Assembly: GCA_050230475.1 (NCBI GenBank)
Contig: JBFLGF010000160.1
Coordinates: forward strand, 1 to 64,000
DNA: 64,000 nucleotides
Direction of reading: 5' to 3'
Source of the DNA: Ancylonema sp.
Taxonomy: Eukaryota
This document shows, piece by piece, positions 53,624-64,000 of this stretch. Under the pieces are notes generated by a model that saw nothing but the letters and a program-made list of their open reading frames with translations, searched no databases and was not told the origin of the DNA. How positions within the stretch are numbered: the stretch's first letter is position 1; the number at the start of each line of letters is the position of its first letter. Both the position numbers and the translations under genes were made by a program.

Positions 53624-56600
53624 TGTAGGAATTATATCGGAAGGAATTATATCGGATAGCCATGTTTGCTAGCGTGCTAGTCCGGACTGCCGGTTAGAGT
53701 AACCGGTAGTGTTCCTAGGTTGGTCTTATAATGAGGGGCCGGACTTATGTCCGGGCACCCGAATATGACGTTTCGGCTGTACCGTTTGTAGCACGTGCGG
53801 TCTAGATGGTTCCGAATCTAGACGTTATGTTTTGTTTTGTCAGCCTGTCCGGCGTGTGCCGTTGACAGGATCTGACTGTTGTTGAGTTATGATAGGCCGA
53901 CGGTTCGCAGATACGACCGTCGGCACGCTTTATAGATTCAGGTTGTGGACGAGGCATCGTGGTATTCTTACACGATGCCGACCATTCAAGATTATTCTTC
54001 CAACTCAACACTTTGTCATTGATCACTTCTGAGAGACGTAAGTTCCTCCCTCGCACCCCGATCACGTAACATCCCTAAAAGGTTATGGGCCCACAAGCGG
54101 TCTAGTTAAAGACGTTGTGTCAATAACTACAGGCATTCCACGCGATCCGCTGCTAAAGGCACTCTGAGGTAGAGGTTATTAAGTACTGCACGTAATCCTT
54201 CGATTGCGCTGCCAGTGACTGAGGTGTGAGTAGCGCTGCACGAAACACGCTCAAGAAAGCAGCTGAGAGCTGAGCACCAAGAATTTTAGGTGTTGCCTAA
54301 CATGACGGAAAAGTCATACATTCCGGTCTTCACAGGAGCAGACTACAAAGGGTGGGCATTTAAGATAAAATTCGGTGTGGCCGATAAAGAGCTGCATGAC
54401 ATCGTCATGGATTGGGGTAAATCGCCGAGGCAAGAAGAGCCTGCCGTGTTTCTACCACACACGCAGGATGAGCTCGATACGCTGGATGCTGCGGACGTCG
54501 CTAGAACGATCACAGCACGCACCCAGCTCATCAGTCGACAGACTCTCCTTCGAGAGGTCTGGTCGAAGAAGAATATCGCTACGATGGCATACATCGTCAA
54601 ACACCTCCAGACGGGGGAGCTGACGCATGTGAGGAACTGCACGACTGCTGCAGAGATGTGGGAGGTCCTGAAGTCTTTCTACGACATTCAGGGAGCCATC
54701 GAAATTGCCAACGCTGAAGTTGAGCTCACGGCAATTATCATGGGAGAAGCGGAGGAGCTGAGCGATTACGTCAAGCGACTTCAGGAGCTGCACGATCGGC
54801 TGGGGCATCTAGGGGAGCCAGTCAATCCGGCAAAGCAGACGATAAATTTCCTGAATTCCCTGAACACTCGCTACAGCGCACGAGTGGAGAGCGTGATGTC
54901 CTGGGCAGTTTCTGCACCATCACTCTTCACGTCCCTCAGGCCGTCAGCACTCTGTCAGCTGGCGATCGACGGGAGGCCTGCAACGACCGGAAGAGAGGGG
55001 CGCTGCCGGGAGGGCAGCAGGCCAATTTCGTAGGAAGGGGAGGTTACTCGGGCAGCTCCGGAGCTGGCCTAAGTCGGACCTGGTGGGATCGGCGTTCCCG
55101 GAAGTCACGACCTGACGAGAACTCAGTGCTACGGCTCAACCAGTATGGCCACCTGAAGTCGGATTGCCCCGTGCGTCCGCCAATGAGGTGCCATGGCTGC
55201 AACCAGACCGGCCACAGGCTGTCGCAATGCGGCCAGCAACGGCACGGTGGAGGAGGAAGATCGGCTGGCCAGGGAAGTGGCAGTCCGAAACCTAAGTGCA
55301 GATACTGTGATAAGCTTGGACACACATTGGCAGAATGTTTAAAGCGTAAATCTGATCTGGCATTGTCTGCACCTGATTCGAATCTCCGTAATCAAGCTCA
55401 GGCTAGACTTGCTGCAAGACCAGACACACCTTTTGATGCCTCTAAATCCTTAGCTTATGCAGCATTCTCATCTGACGCAAGGATTGCGATGGCAGTTGGA
55501 ACTGATTGTTCGCATCTGTGGCTTGATTCAGGCTCGACCGATCACGTCTTCGTAAACCGAGACCACTTCGTCGAGTACGACAAACGCGTCCCAATGCAGC
55601 ATTCTTTCATCCACACGGCTGACGGCACGCCCCACAAGGTCGAGGGGACAGGCTTCGTGCACGTGAAAGTGAAGAACGACGACTCCTCTTTCGTCGTCCC
55701 TCTCGCGGCTCTGCACGTCCCTACAGTCGCTGCGACCCTGGTGTCCACCGACTGCCTCGTCCAGAGACGGTGGGCTGAGCTTTGCCCAGACACCACATGG
55801 CCCCAAACTGACTAAGAATGGACTGAAATGGGCTGATGTCAGCAGGCAGAGGAATTGTCTGTCGTTGGCTGCATGATTCTATCATCATGGCTGGTTCTTC
55901 TGGTCTGCAAGCTAATCTGTCCATCGGCATGCTCTGGCATGGCAAACTGGTTCACCCTGGTATACCAGCCATGTCAGACATGGCCAGACGGTGGTGATAT
56001 ACCCGAGACTTGAATCAGGAGGAATTGACTGAAGTCAGGGATTGTGAGATCTGTTGTATGGGGGAAGATGGGACAGTAGGGGCATGCTATGGGCTAGCGA
56101 TGATGTGGCCACTATGCCGAAAATGGGAAGGGTTGCATCTAGATCTGATAGGTCCTTTTGGTGTTAAGGTCAATGCAGGAGGGTTTGACTACGCACAGAC
56201 AGGGATAGAGGTCAACACTAGACTGTCAACAGTATCTCTCCTCAGGCACAACAAGAGCGATGCTCTCCAAACGCGCATCACTGTACAGAAACTTGAAGTT
56301 GAGTCAGGACTGGCGTTGAAGTCTATCAGGACAGATGGGGGGGGTGAATACACAAGTAAAGAGTGGAGAGGCTATTGTGAGGATAAAGGCATCAGACATG
56401 AACTGACTGCTCCCTACAGCCCTCAACAGAATGGAATGTGTGAAAGGTTGAACGAACATTGATGGAAAAGATGAGGTGTTTGCTGATGTGGTCAAAATTG
56501 CCTAAATCGTATTGGGATGTGGCACTGATACACGCAAACTGGTTAAGGAACAGGACCCCCACTAGTTCATTGACAGGGGGGATACCTATTGAGGAGTGCA

Positions 56601-59600
56601 GAGGACGACAGATAAAAATGGACAGAAGTCACACATTCGGCTGTCTGGTTCAATATTTGCTAGTTGGGCATGATAAAAATAAACAAGGGGACAAGTATGC
56701 TGCCAGGACTGCTTTTGGGGTGTATATTGGGCTGGCAGCAGATCAGGCTGGGTACAACATCATCGACCCGCTCAGAGCCGGCGTGATGGTGCGGACAGAC
56801 GTCCGTTTCTTCGAGGAAGTGCCGGGGTACCCGAGACTCATGGGGGGGAGAGCTCCCCAGGTCGAGGCCAAAGCAGATGGACACTTTCTCCAGCTGTTCC
56901 CCGACACGATGATGAGCCTAAGGCTGGAGGGGTAATCAGGACAAGCAGCAGTAAACGCTGCAACGCCAGCAGGAGAAGCAGAAGCAGCAGCAGCTCCAGC
57001 AGCAGCTCCAGCACCAGTACCAGCAGCAGCAGCAGCAACACACAACGACCCAGGAGCCCAGATCCCATTATTACAGATTCTGCCACCACCAGCTGCTGAG
57101 GTCCCCATCTCTGTGGTTGAGCTGTCTGACAGTCAGTCAGGGATCAACAACGCAGGAGTGGCAGGCGAGGAGGAGGAGGTTCAAGGAGGGGGTGAAGGGG
57201 AGGGGCAAGTGGTAAATGCTGTGAGCATAGCAGGAGGGTGATGGGGAGAGGAGAAGGAGGGCAAACTTCGCCTGGGGATGTCCTCTGATACGATGGGGAG
57301 GAGTAGTTCGACCAGGCGCTGGCAGCAGCCATTCAGGACGAGGAGTGGGAGGCAACATGCTTCTTCACAGGCTTCAACGGCCCCTCTGACCTTGGATTCT
57401 GTATGGTGGCCACGTCTGCTGACTCCTCCGACCCTTTGACGCTGAACCAGGCCATGACGAGGCCAGACTGGGATCAGTGGTTAGCTGCTATCCAGGAGGA
57501 GCTGAAAAGCTTGGGGGAATTCAACACCTTCAAGGTGTGTGAACTTCCACCAGGTGAAAGGGCTGTCGGGTGCAAATATGTATTCAAAACAAAATACACA
57601 CCCACGGGAACCCTTGAACGATATAAAGTCAGACTGGTCGCCCAAGGTTTTCTACAACAAGAAGGAGTTGACTAGACTATAATGAAATATTCGCACCTGT
57701 AGTAGATAGTACCTCTATCTCTCTTCTCTTCTATTCTACTAGCGATTGCGAATCAGGAGGGTTGGGGAATTGAACATATGGATGTAGTCACTGCTTTCTT
57801 GCACGGAAGACTGACGGAAGAAGTGTACATGAAAATTCCACCAATTTATGGAAATTGAGGGAGGGGCTGAAGGGAAAGGTTCTGAGAATGAGGGGGGCAC
57901 TGTACGGACTGAAACAGAGTAGCAAGGTCTGGGGTGAAATGTTCACAACCTTCATGCTAGTATAGGGTTCAAACAGTGTATTATGGACACATGCATATAC
58001 ACCAGGGGAACAGGACAATCACGCATCATAGTGGGGAGACACGTAGATGATCAGGTGATAGTTGGTCCTAACACCATGGTCATTAAGGCATTTAAACAGG
58101 AACTATCAGGGAAATTCAAAATGAAGGATCTTGGGGCCCTAACCCATATCCTGGGCTGCTGGGGGTGGAAGTGAAAAGGGACAGACAACAGGGGGTGCTA
58201 ACGTTGCATCAGGGCGGGTTCATAAAAAAGGTTCTGGAACGTTTTGGCATGGCAAACTGTAATCCTACAAAACTACCCTTACCACCTGGACTGACATATC
58301 ACCAAGACGATGAACCTCTAACTCCCCTAAACAAATAACTGAATTCCGGGGAAAAATTGGGTCACTCATTTATGCAATGAAACACACCAGACCGGATATT
58401 GCGCATGCACTGGGCGTACTGGCAAAACGAATCCTGGGACTGCTCACATTAAATCCTTACACCAACTGTTCAGATATTTAAAGGGTACAGTGGATCACGG
58501 AATATGCTACGTGAGGCAGAGGAAGTTAGAGATCAGGGGGTACTGTGATGCTAGTTGGAACAGCTGCAGTATGACTGGGAAGTCGGTCACAGGGTGGGTC
58601 ACTATCACTACTGTTGGGGGAACTGCATTAAGCTGGAAGTCACAGAAACAGTCTACAGTCGCACAGAGTACAGCAGAGGGGCTGAATATATTGTTGCCTG
58701 TAGTGTGTCTAAGGAATGCTGTTACCTTAAGTCGCTCCTGCATGAGCTCAAACTCCCTAATGAAATTACAGTTTACAGTGACTCAACTGCTGCACTCTCA
58801 ATGATCCAGAACCCAGTCCAACGCCAGAAGGCCAAGCACTTCAATGTGGTATACCACTGGGTGAGAGAGTGCCACAGAACTGGCAGGCTCAAGTATGTGT
58901 ATCTGCTGGCAGGGGCCAATCAAGCCGATATGTTCACTAAGGCTCTTCCACAGGTTTTCTTACTTGACAGACACGGAAAGTCGATAGGTTTTGGGAGGGT
59001 TAACTGAAATGGGGGTGCACTTTAGGTTCTAGGGGATTTTCGGCTGCCATGCTGTGTTTAGCAGGGGGTGTATGTTCTGTTAATCTTCTTGCAGAATGCA
59101 CCTGTGGAGGGCTCTCAACGCTCGTCTATCCAGCTAAGTCACCCTACCCTTTTTCTGCCCTGAAAACACTCGAGGACACCTGCTGAAAAGTTGCAGATCT
59201 GCTTGCATCTAAAATTGTCAGTTGTTCATGAATTCTGGAATATCTGTTGCCATTCATATTACAAATGTTGTGTCAGAATATCGTTTGATTTGGTGAAGTA
59301 TTGAGAAAGTTATGAAGTTTTTAAGAAAATGGTGAAGTTCTGATCTGAGAAAGTTGTGAAGTTTTGCATATTTTCAAGTTATTCGGAGAAAACTACAGAA
59401 GATTGACTTGTTGTCATTTTTTGTATTGCCCTAACTTGTGGTATTTGTTTGTATGTTCAGGCTCGGCCCGAAAGACTAAGGATATGGAGCGATCGTCTTC
59501 TGGAGTTTCCGATCGGCTTCCTTCCGATCGTCTTCGGTGTGATATTTTCTTCCGATCGTCTTCCGATCGGCTGTGTTTTTTTGATAAATCTCTAGCACAT

Positions 59601-60186
59601 TGATATGCTAGAGAAGACCCTACTATTCCACCATGGGCTATGCAATGTCTTGCCATGACTTAGCTGTTGAGAGGGTGGTCCTTGTGTTGACTTAATGCCA
59701 AACTTGGCATGGCATCCGAGGGGGTGTGAAGGAATTATATCGGATAGCCATGTTTGCTAGCGTGCTAGTCCGGACTGCCGGTTAGTGTAACCGGGAGTGT
59801 TCCTAGTTTGTGCTTATAATGAGGGGCCGGACTTATGTCCGGACACCCGAATATGACGTTTCGATTGTGCCGTTTGTAGCACGTGCGGTCTCGATGGTTC
59901 CGAATCCTAAGACGTTATGTTTTGTCAGACCTGTCCGGCGTGTGCCGTTGACAGGATCTGACTGTTGTTGAGTTATGATAGGCCGACGGTTCGCAGACAC
60001 GACCGTCGGCACGCTTTGTAGATTCATGTTGTGGACGAGGCATCGTGGTATACCTACACGATGCCGACCATTCAAGATTATTCTTCCAACTCAACACTTT
60101 GTCATTGATCACTTCTGAGAGACGTAAGTTCCTTGTACGGGGAAAGAATCACACCCTCGCACCCCGATCACGTAACATCCCTAAAA
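53624..60186 (+). mobile_element. Full-length but frameshifted Ty1/copia element with ATTCA TSD and half-tRNAiMet PBS
   Basis: 5' LTR 53624-54080, 3' LTR 59727-60186; TSD ATTCA at 53619-23 and 60187-91; PBS GGTTATGGGCCCA; PPT GAGGGGGTG. Gag, protease (WLDSGSTDH), integrase (IRTDGGGEY, APYSPQQNG), RT ([13 protein letters not shown]) and RNase H (YCDASW, ADMFTKAL). Confidence 0.97.
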
Positions 60187-61258
60187 ATTCACAACTCAAC
60201 GCCGAGGGCGAGCTAACAGATGGTTTGTAGTACAAAAGTGTGAAAATACTAAAAAGCAAACAAGATAGTGTGGTGCAGACTATCAAGGTTAACAATCGTA
60301 AGCGTTACTTTCGGTGCGAAAGTAAAGTATCGACGGCGCGTCGATGAAAGATGCTGGCTCAGAAAGAGCATCAGCAGACAGGTGTAAACAACAAATGCTG
60401 GCTCGGAGCGAGCGACAACAAACACACACACACAAATGGAATTTCCGGTTCGGAGCGAACACACGCAAATCGACAGATGCATTTCACACACACACGCACG
60501 CTTGCTGGCTCAGAGACAGCGTCAGCGAATCGATGTAAGAAATTAAAGTCGATAGCAAGGCTGGCTCGGAAAGAGCGTCAGCGACAGATTCAGATGAATC
60601 AGATCAAATACACACACACATAGATTGCAAAGAATGATATGCAATCTTATCGGCTGGCTGACGGATGTCAGGCTGAGTCGGAAGACGAGCAAGTTGCGAA
60701 GTCGCGTAAGCGAAGGGATGCAATATTCAGAGAATTGCAAAGGATTCAGATAACACAGAAGATTGTTGGAAGGGATTTCTTAACAGCGCAATCTGACAGC
60801 GGAAGCTGGCAGATCTGAAAGTACAATTTGTCTTTTATCACAAAGTTGTTGCGCGGTGCTAACCGGCAGAGTTAACGAGAGTTAAACTGTCGAAGATAGC
60901 GACAGGCTGGCTTTAGAACATTACAATTAATCTCGGCGCTCCGATGACAACGGCGCGAGATATTTCTATATTTCTACGACTGGATTTAATCGCCGGGATT
61001 ATCGACAAGTCGAAAGGGACTTGTGATTTTAACAAAATCGACACGCAACTATTTGTTGAAGACTGCTGGATTCTAGACTTCGGAAAATACGCCACGCGTT
61101 ATTTTCGAGTCGTACAAATTTCGTACTTCACTATTTTTTCAGCAAAGTACTAACTCTAGAAAGTCGTTATATCGAATACTCTCGTTATAGCAGAGTATTA
61201 ATCTAGAGGGGTTTCTGAACAATCTAGAGGGGCTTCGCCTTAGCGATCTCTAGCGTCA
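60187..61258 (-). mobile_element. LTR-like segment of the element hosting the 53624 Copia insertion
   Basis: Homologous to 41195-41340 and contains repeated gctggctc(a/g)ga motifs. Minus strand begins TGACGC at 61258, where the gypsy pol is cut off. Confidence 0.5.
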
Positions 61259-61269
61259 TGACAGGACAA

Positions 61270-63982
61270 CCAACGGACTTTCGCCAGTGTGGTGATTATC
61301 GTCCTATCAACAACCACACCCAACAAGACAAGTGTCAGCTTCCAAGAATTGAGGACATCTGTCAGGACATCAAAGAGGCGAAAATCTTTCCCAAATTGGA
61401 TTTACGACAAGGATACCACCAGATCCCTATCTCTGAAACAGACAAATGCGAAACTGCATTTTGGGGAGCTGACCGTCAACTTTATGAATGGAATGTCATA
61501 CCATGTAGACTCAAGAATGCACCACCATTCTTCCAACGTACCATGGACCGAATTTTGGCAGGACTTCGCAACTCGCGATGCTACATTGATGACATCAACA
61601 AACTGGAGCAGTACTTTCGAGGACCACCTCCAACACCTTCGACAAGTCTTTCATCGTCTTTGGCAGTTCAAGCTGAAATGTCATCTAGGTAAGTGTTTAT
61701 TCTTCGCGGATAAAATAGTTTTTTTAGGCCATAAGATCTCTGGGAAAGGTATTGCACCACAAGATGAGAAAACCAGAGCTATTAAGGATATGCCGACACC
61801 TAAGGATACTCATCAACTTCGTGCAGCTCTAGGGTTGTTTTCCTATTACCGTAAGTTCGTTCCACATTTCTCTACGATTGCTTCCCCACTCAACGGACTT
61901 CTAAAAGGAGATGTCGAATGGCATTGGGACGAGACGCAAGAAAAAACTTTGATCGCACTCAAGCAGGCACTATGTTCAAAACCTGTGCTCCGAAGACCAC
62001 ATACCATTAAACCATACTTGTTAGCAACCGACTGGAGTGCACATGGTTTAGGTGCCGTTTTGAGTCAAACAGATGATGATGGTACCGAATATGCAGTCGC
62101 ATTTGCTAGTCACAGCTGTAACAATGCGGAACGGAACTACAGCAGCTTCCACGGGGAGTGTCTTGCTGTAATTTGGGCGGTGCAACATTTTCGCCAATTT
62201 CTGTTTGGTAAACCATTTGCCCTCATTACCGATCATGCACCCCTCAAATGGATCATGACAACAACCAAACTCACCGGCAAACTTGCGCGTTGGGCACTAC
62301 TACTCCAGGAGTATGAGTTTAAAGTGATTCATCGCCCCGGTGTTGCAAATTCCAATGCCGACGGGTGCAATCGTTGTCCACTACCAGAGACAGCCACTAA
62401 CAACCATGAGATTGAAACATTAGGGGAGAAAACACCTTGCTACTACATGCAAACTTCACCCACGGGTCACATTCCACCATCATATTTTCTGAGTTTTCAC
62501 CAAGGTACACCACTACCAGAAGATGTCAAAGTGGACATTTGGGATGATAATGTCACAATGGCACTTCTAAAAACTCATGCATACCTACCAGACTTGACAC
62601 CACAACAAAGAGACCGTACATACCGACGGGCTCTCAAATAGAGATGGATGGGGAGATATGTTTACAAAATCCCTACCTCTGGGCACATGAAAATCGTTCC
62701 ACCACCACCAGAACGAATCCCTCTGATTAATACCATGCACACACGATACGGTCATTTTGGGGTAAAACGCGTGCTCCACGCTTTACAACAAGATTATTGG
62801 TGGCATGGGATGGGGGATCATGTCATTCAGGTCATTAAAGAATGTCCAGCATGTTATCGAGCAAAAACAAACTTTGCTGATGGCCGTACCCAACTACAAC
62901 CATTACCGATTCGGGGACTCTTCTACCGTTGGGGAGTGGACTTCGCTGGACCTATGCCAGAAAGTACACGTAAAAACCAATACGTTATGATATGTATTGA
63001 ACATTTCACCCAATGGGTTGAACTTATCGCCTTACCGGACAAATCTTCAAAATCAGCAGCGCATGCTTTACTCACCCATGTCCTTTCTCGTTTCGGGGCC
63101 CCTGGTGAAATCATCACCGACCAAGGCGCGGAATTTGAAGGGGCATTCACCGACTTACTTGTCGGACATCGAGTTACACATCGTACTGCACCCCGGGAAC
63201 ACCCACAATTTAGTGGGTTAGGAGAACGCATGGTTCAAACGATGAAACTATCTTTAAGGAAAATCCTCCTCAAAGAACATCGCACGGATTGGGACATTTA
63301 CCTACCTTATGTCGCCATGGGGTACCGCATGACAAAACAGGCCTCTACCGGGTATTCACCATACTATTTGCTGTATGGAAGACATCCTATCTTTCAGGCA
63401 CAAATACAGGCAGCTGAACATGACCCCTTACCTGAGGCACTCAAAGAATTACCTAAATTCATTCAGGAACGCATTAAACTTTTTTAGGAGGTCATGCCTC
63501 TCGCAATGCGCAACCGTGCCATTGCACAACAACGAGACAGGCATCAATACTTCCGTGTGCACAGTGGCGCATGGGCACGACCGTGCCCTCGTCTCCTCAA
63601 ACATCAATATGTTTATGTGAAACGTCAAACCAAAGGCACAATTGACATCAAAGCACATCCACAAATCCTCCGGAGTACACAAATCCGACCATCTGGAAAT
63701 GTGCAGTTACAGGGCAAGGATGGACGCCGCATCTGGGAACAGATGAACAACATTTCACCCTGCAGCCTCTCCATCAAAGATGACCAGATTGACACGGGTT
63801 TGTTCAACAGTTCTGACCCTACATTCTGCAGACAATGCGGTTCACGCAACGATGAGAAACATCTCATTTTGTGTGATGACTGTAATGATGGCTACCACAT
63901 CTATTGTCTCACACCCCGGCTCAAATCAATACCAGAAGGTCCATGGTTCTGTCCCGACCACAAGGGAGAACGCTGCTCCTAA
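61270..63982 (+). mobile_element. 5'-truncated Ty3/gypsy pol (RT-RNase H-integrase) with a C-terminal PHD finger; inactivated
   Basis: CGDYRPIN, LDLRQGYHQI, CYIDD, TDWS, TDHAPL, GHFG...CPAC, VDFAGP, ITDQGAEF and ERMVQT, then CRQCGSRNDEKHLILCDDCNDGYHIYCLTPRLKSIPEGPWFCPDH. One frameshift (~61600) and in-frame TAG stops at 62639 and 63485. Confidence 0.95.
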
Positions 63983-64000
63983 GACCCAATTCCTACACTA

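Noticed and set aside
62639..63487. Programmed TAG readthrough in the gypsy pol
   Set aside because: Two stops plus a frameshift and 5' truncation fit ordinary decay better.

Overview
Eukaryotic, intron-rich, transposon-dense genomic DNA from a plant-lineage organism. I infer a streptophyte alga or other early-diverging streptophyte from the plant-type orthologues, many short introns and long G/C homopolymer runs; the species cannot be identified from the sequence. Three spliced genes can be reconstructed: a membrane-anchored PhoD-like phosphatase (-, 4080-10280), an 8-finger TFIIIA (+, 12130-15231) and an ACA8/9/10-type P2B Ca2+-ATPase (-, ~28563-38021). A DUF3754 gene fragment is split by a Copia insertion. 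The rest is Ty1/copia elements (two full-length but frameshifted, primed by a half-tRNAiMet), Ty3/gypsy relics (one integrase ends in a PHD finger), several MITE/foldback families and simple repeats. Main points: (1) a 5S-rRNA-mimic (P5SM-like) poison cassette exon in TFIIIA, at the intron position known from land plants; (2) an intact PhoD in which the three iron-specific ligand positions are all replaced; (3) DTTGT in place of the invariant DKTGT in the Ca2+-ATPase; (4) a PHD-finger integrase; (5) non-canonical TG..AA and TG..TA LTR ends. Family assignments rest on recalled motifs; no database search was run.
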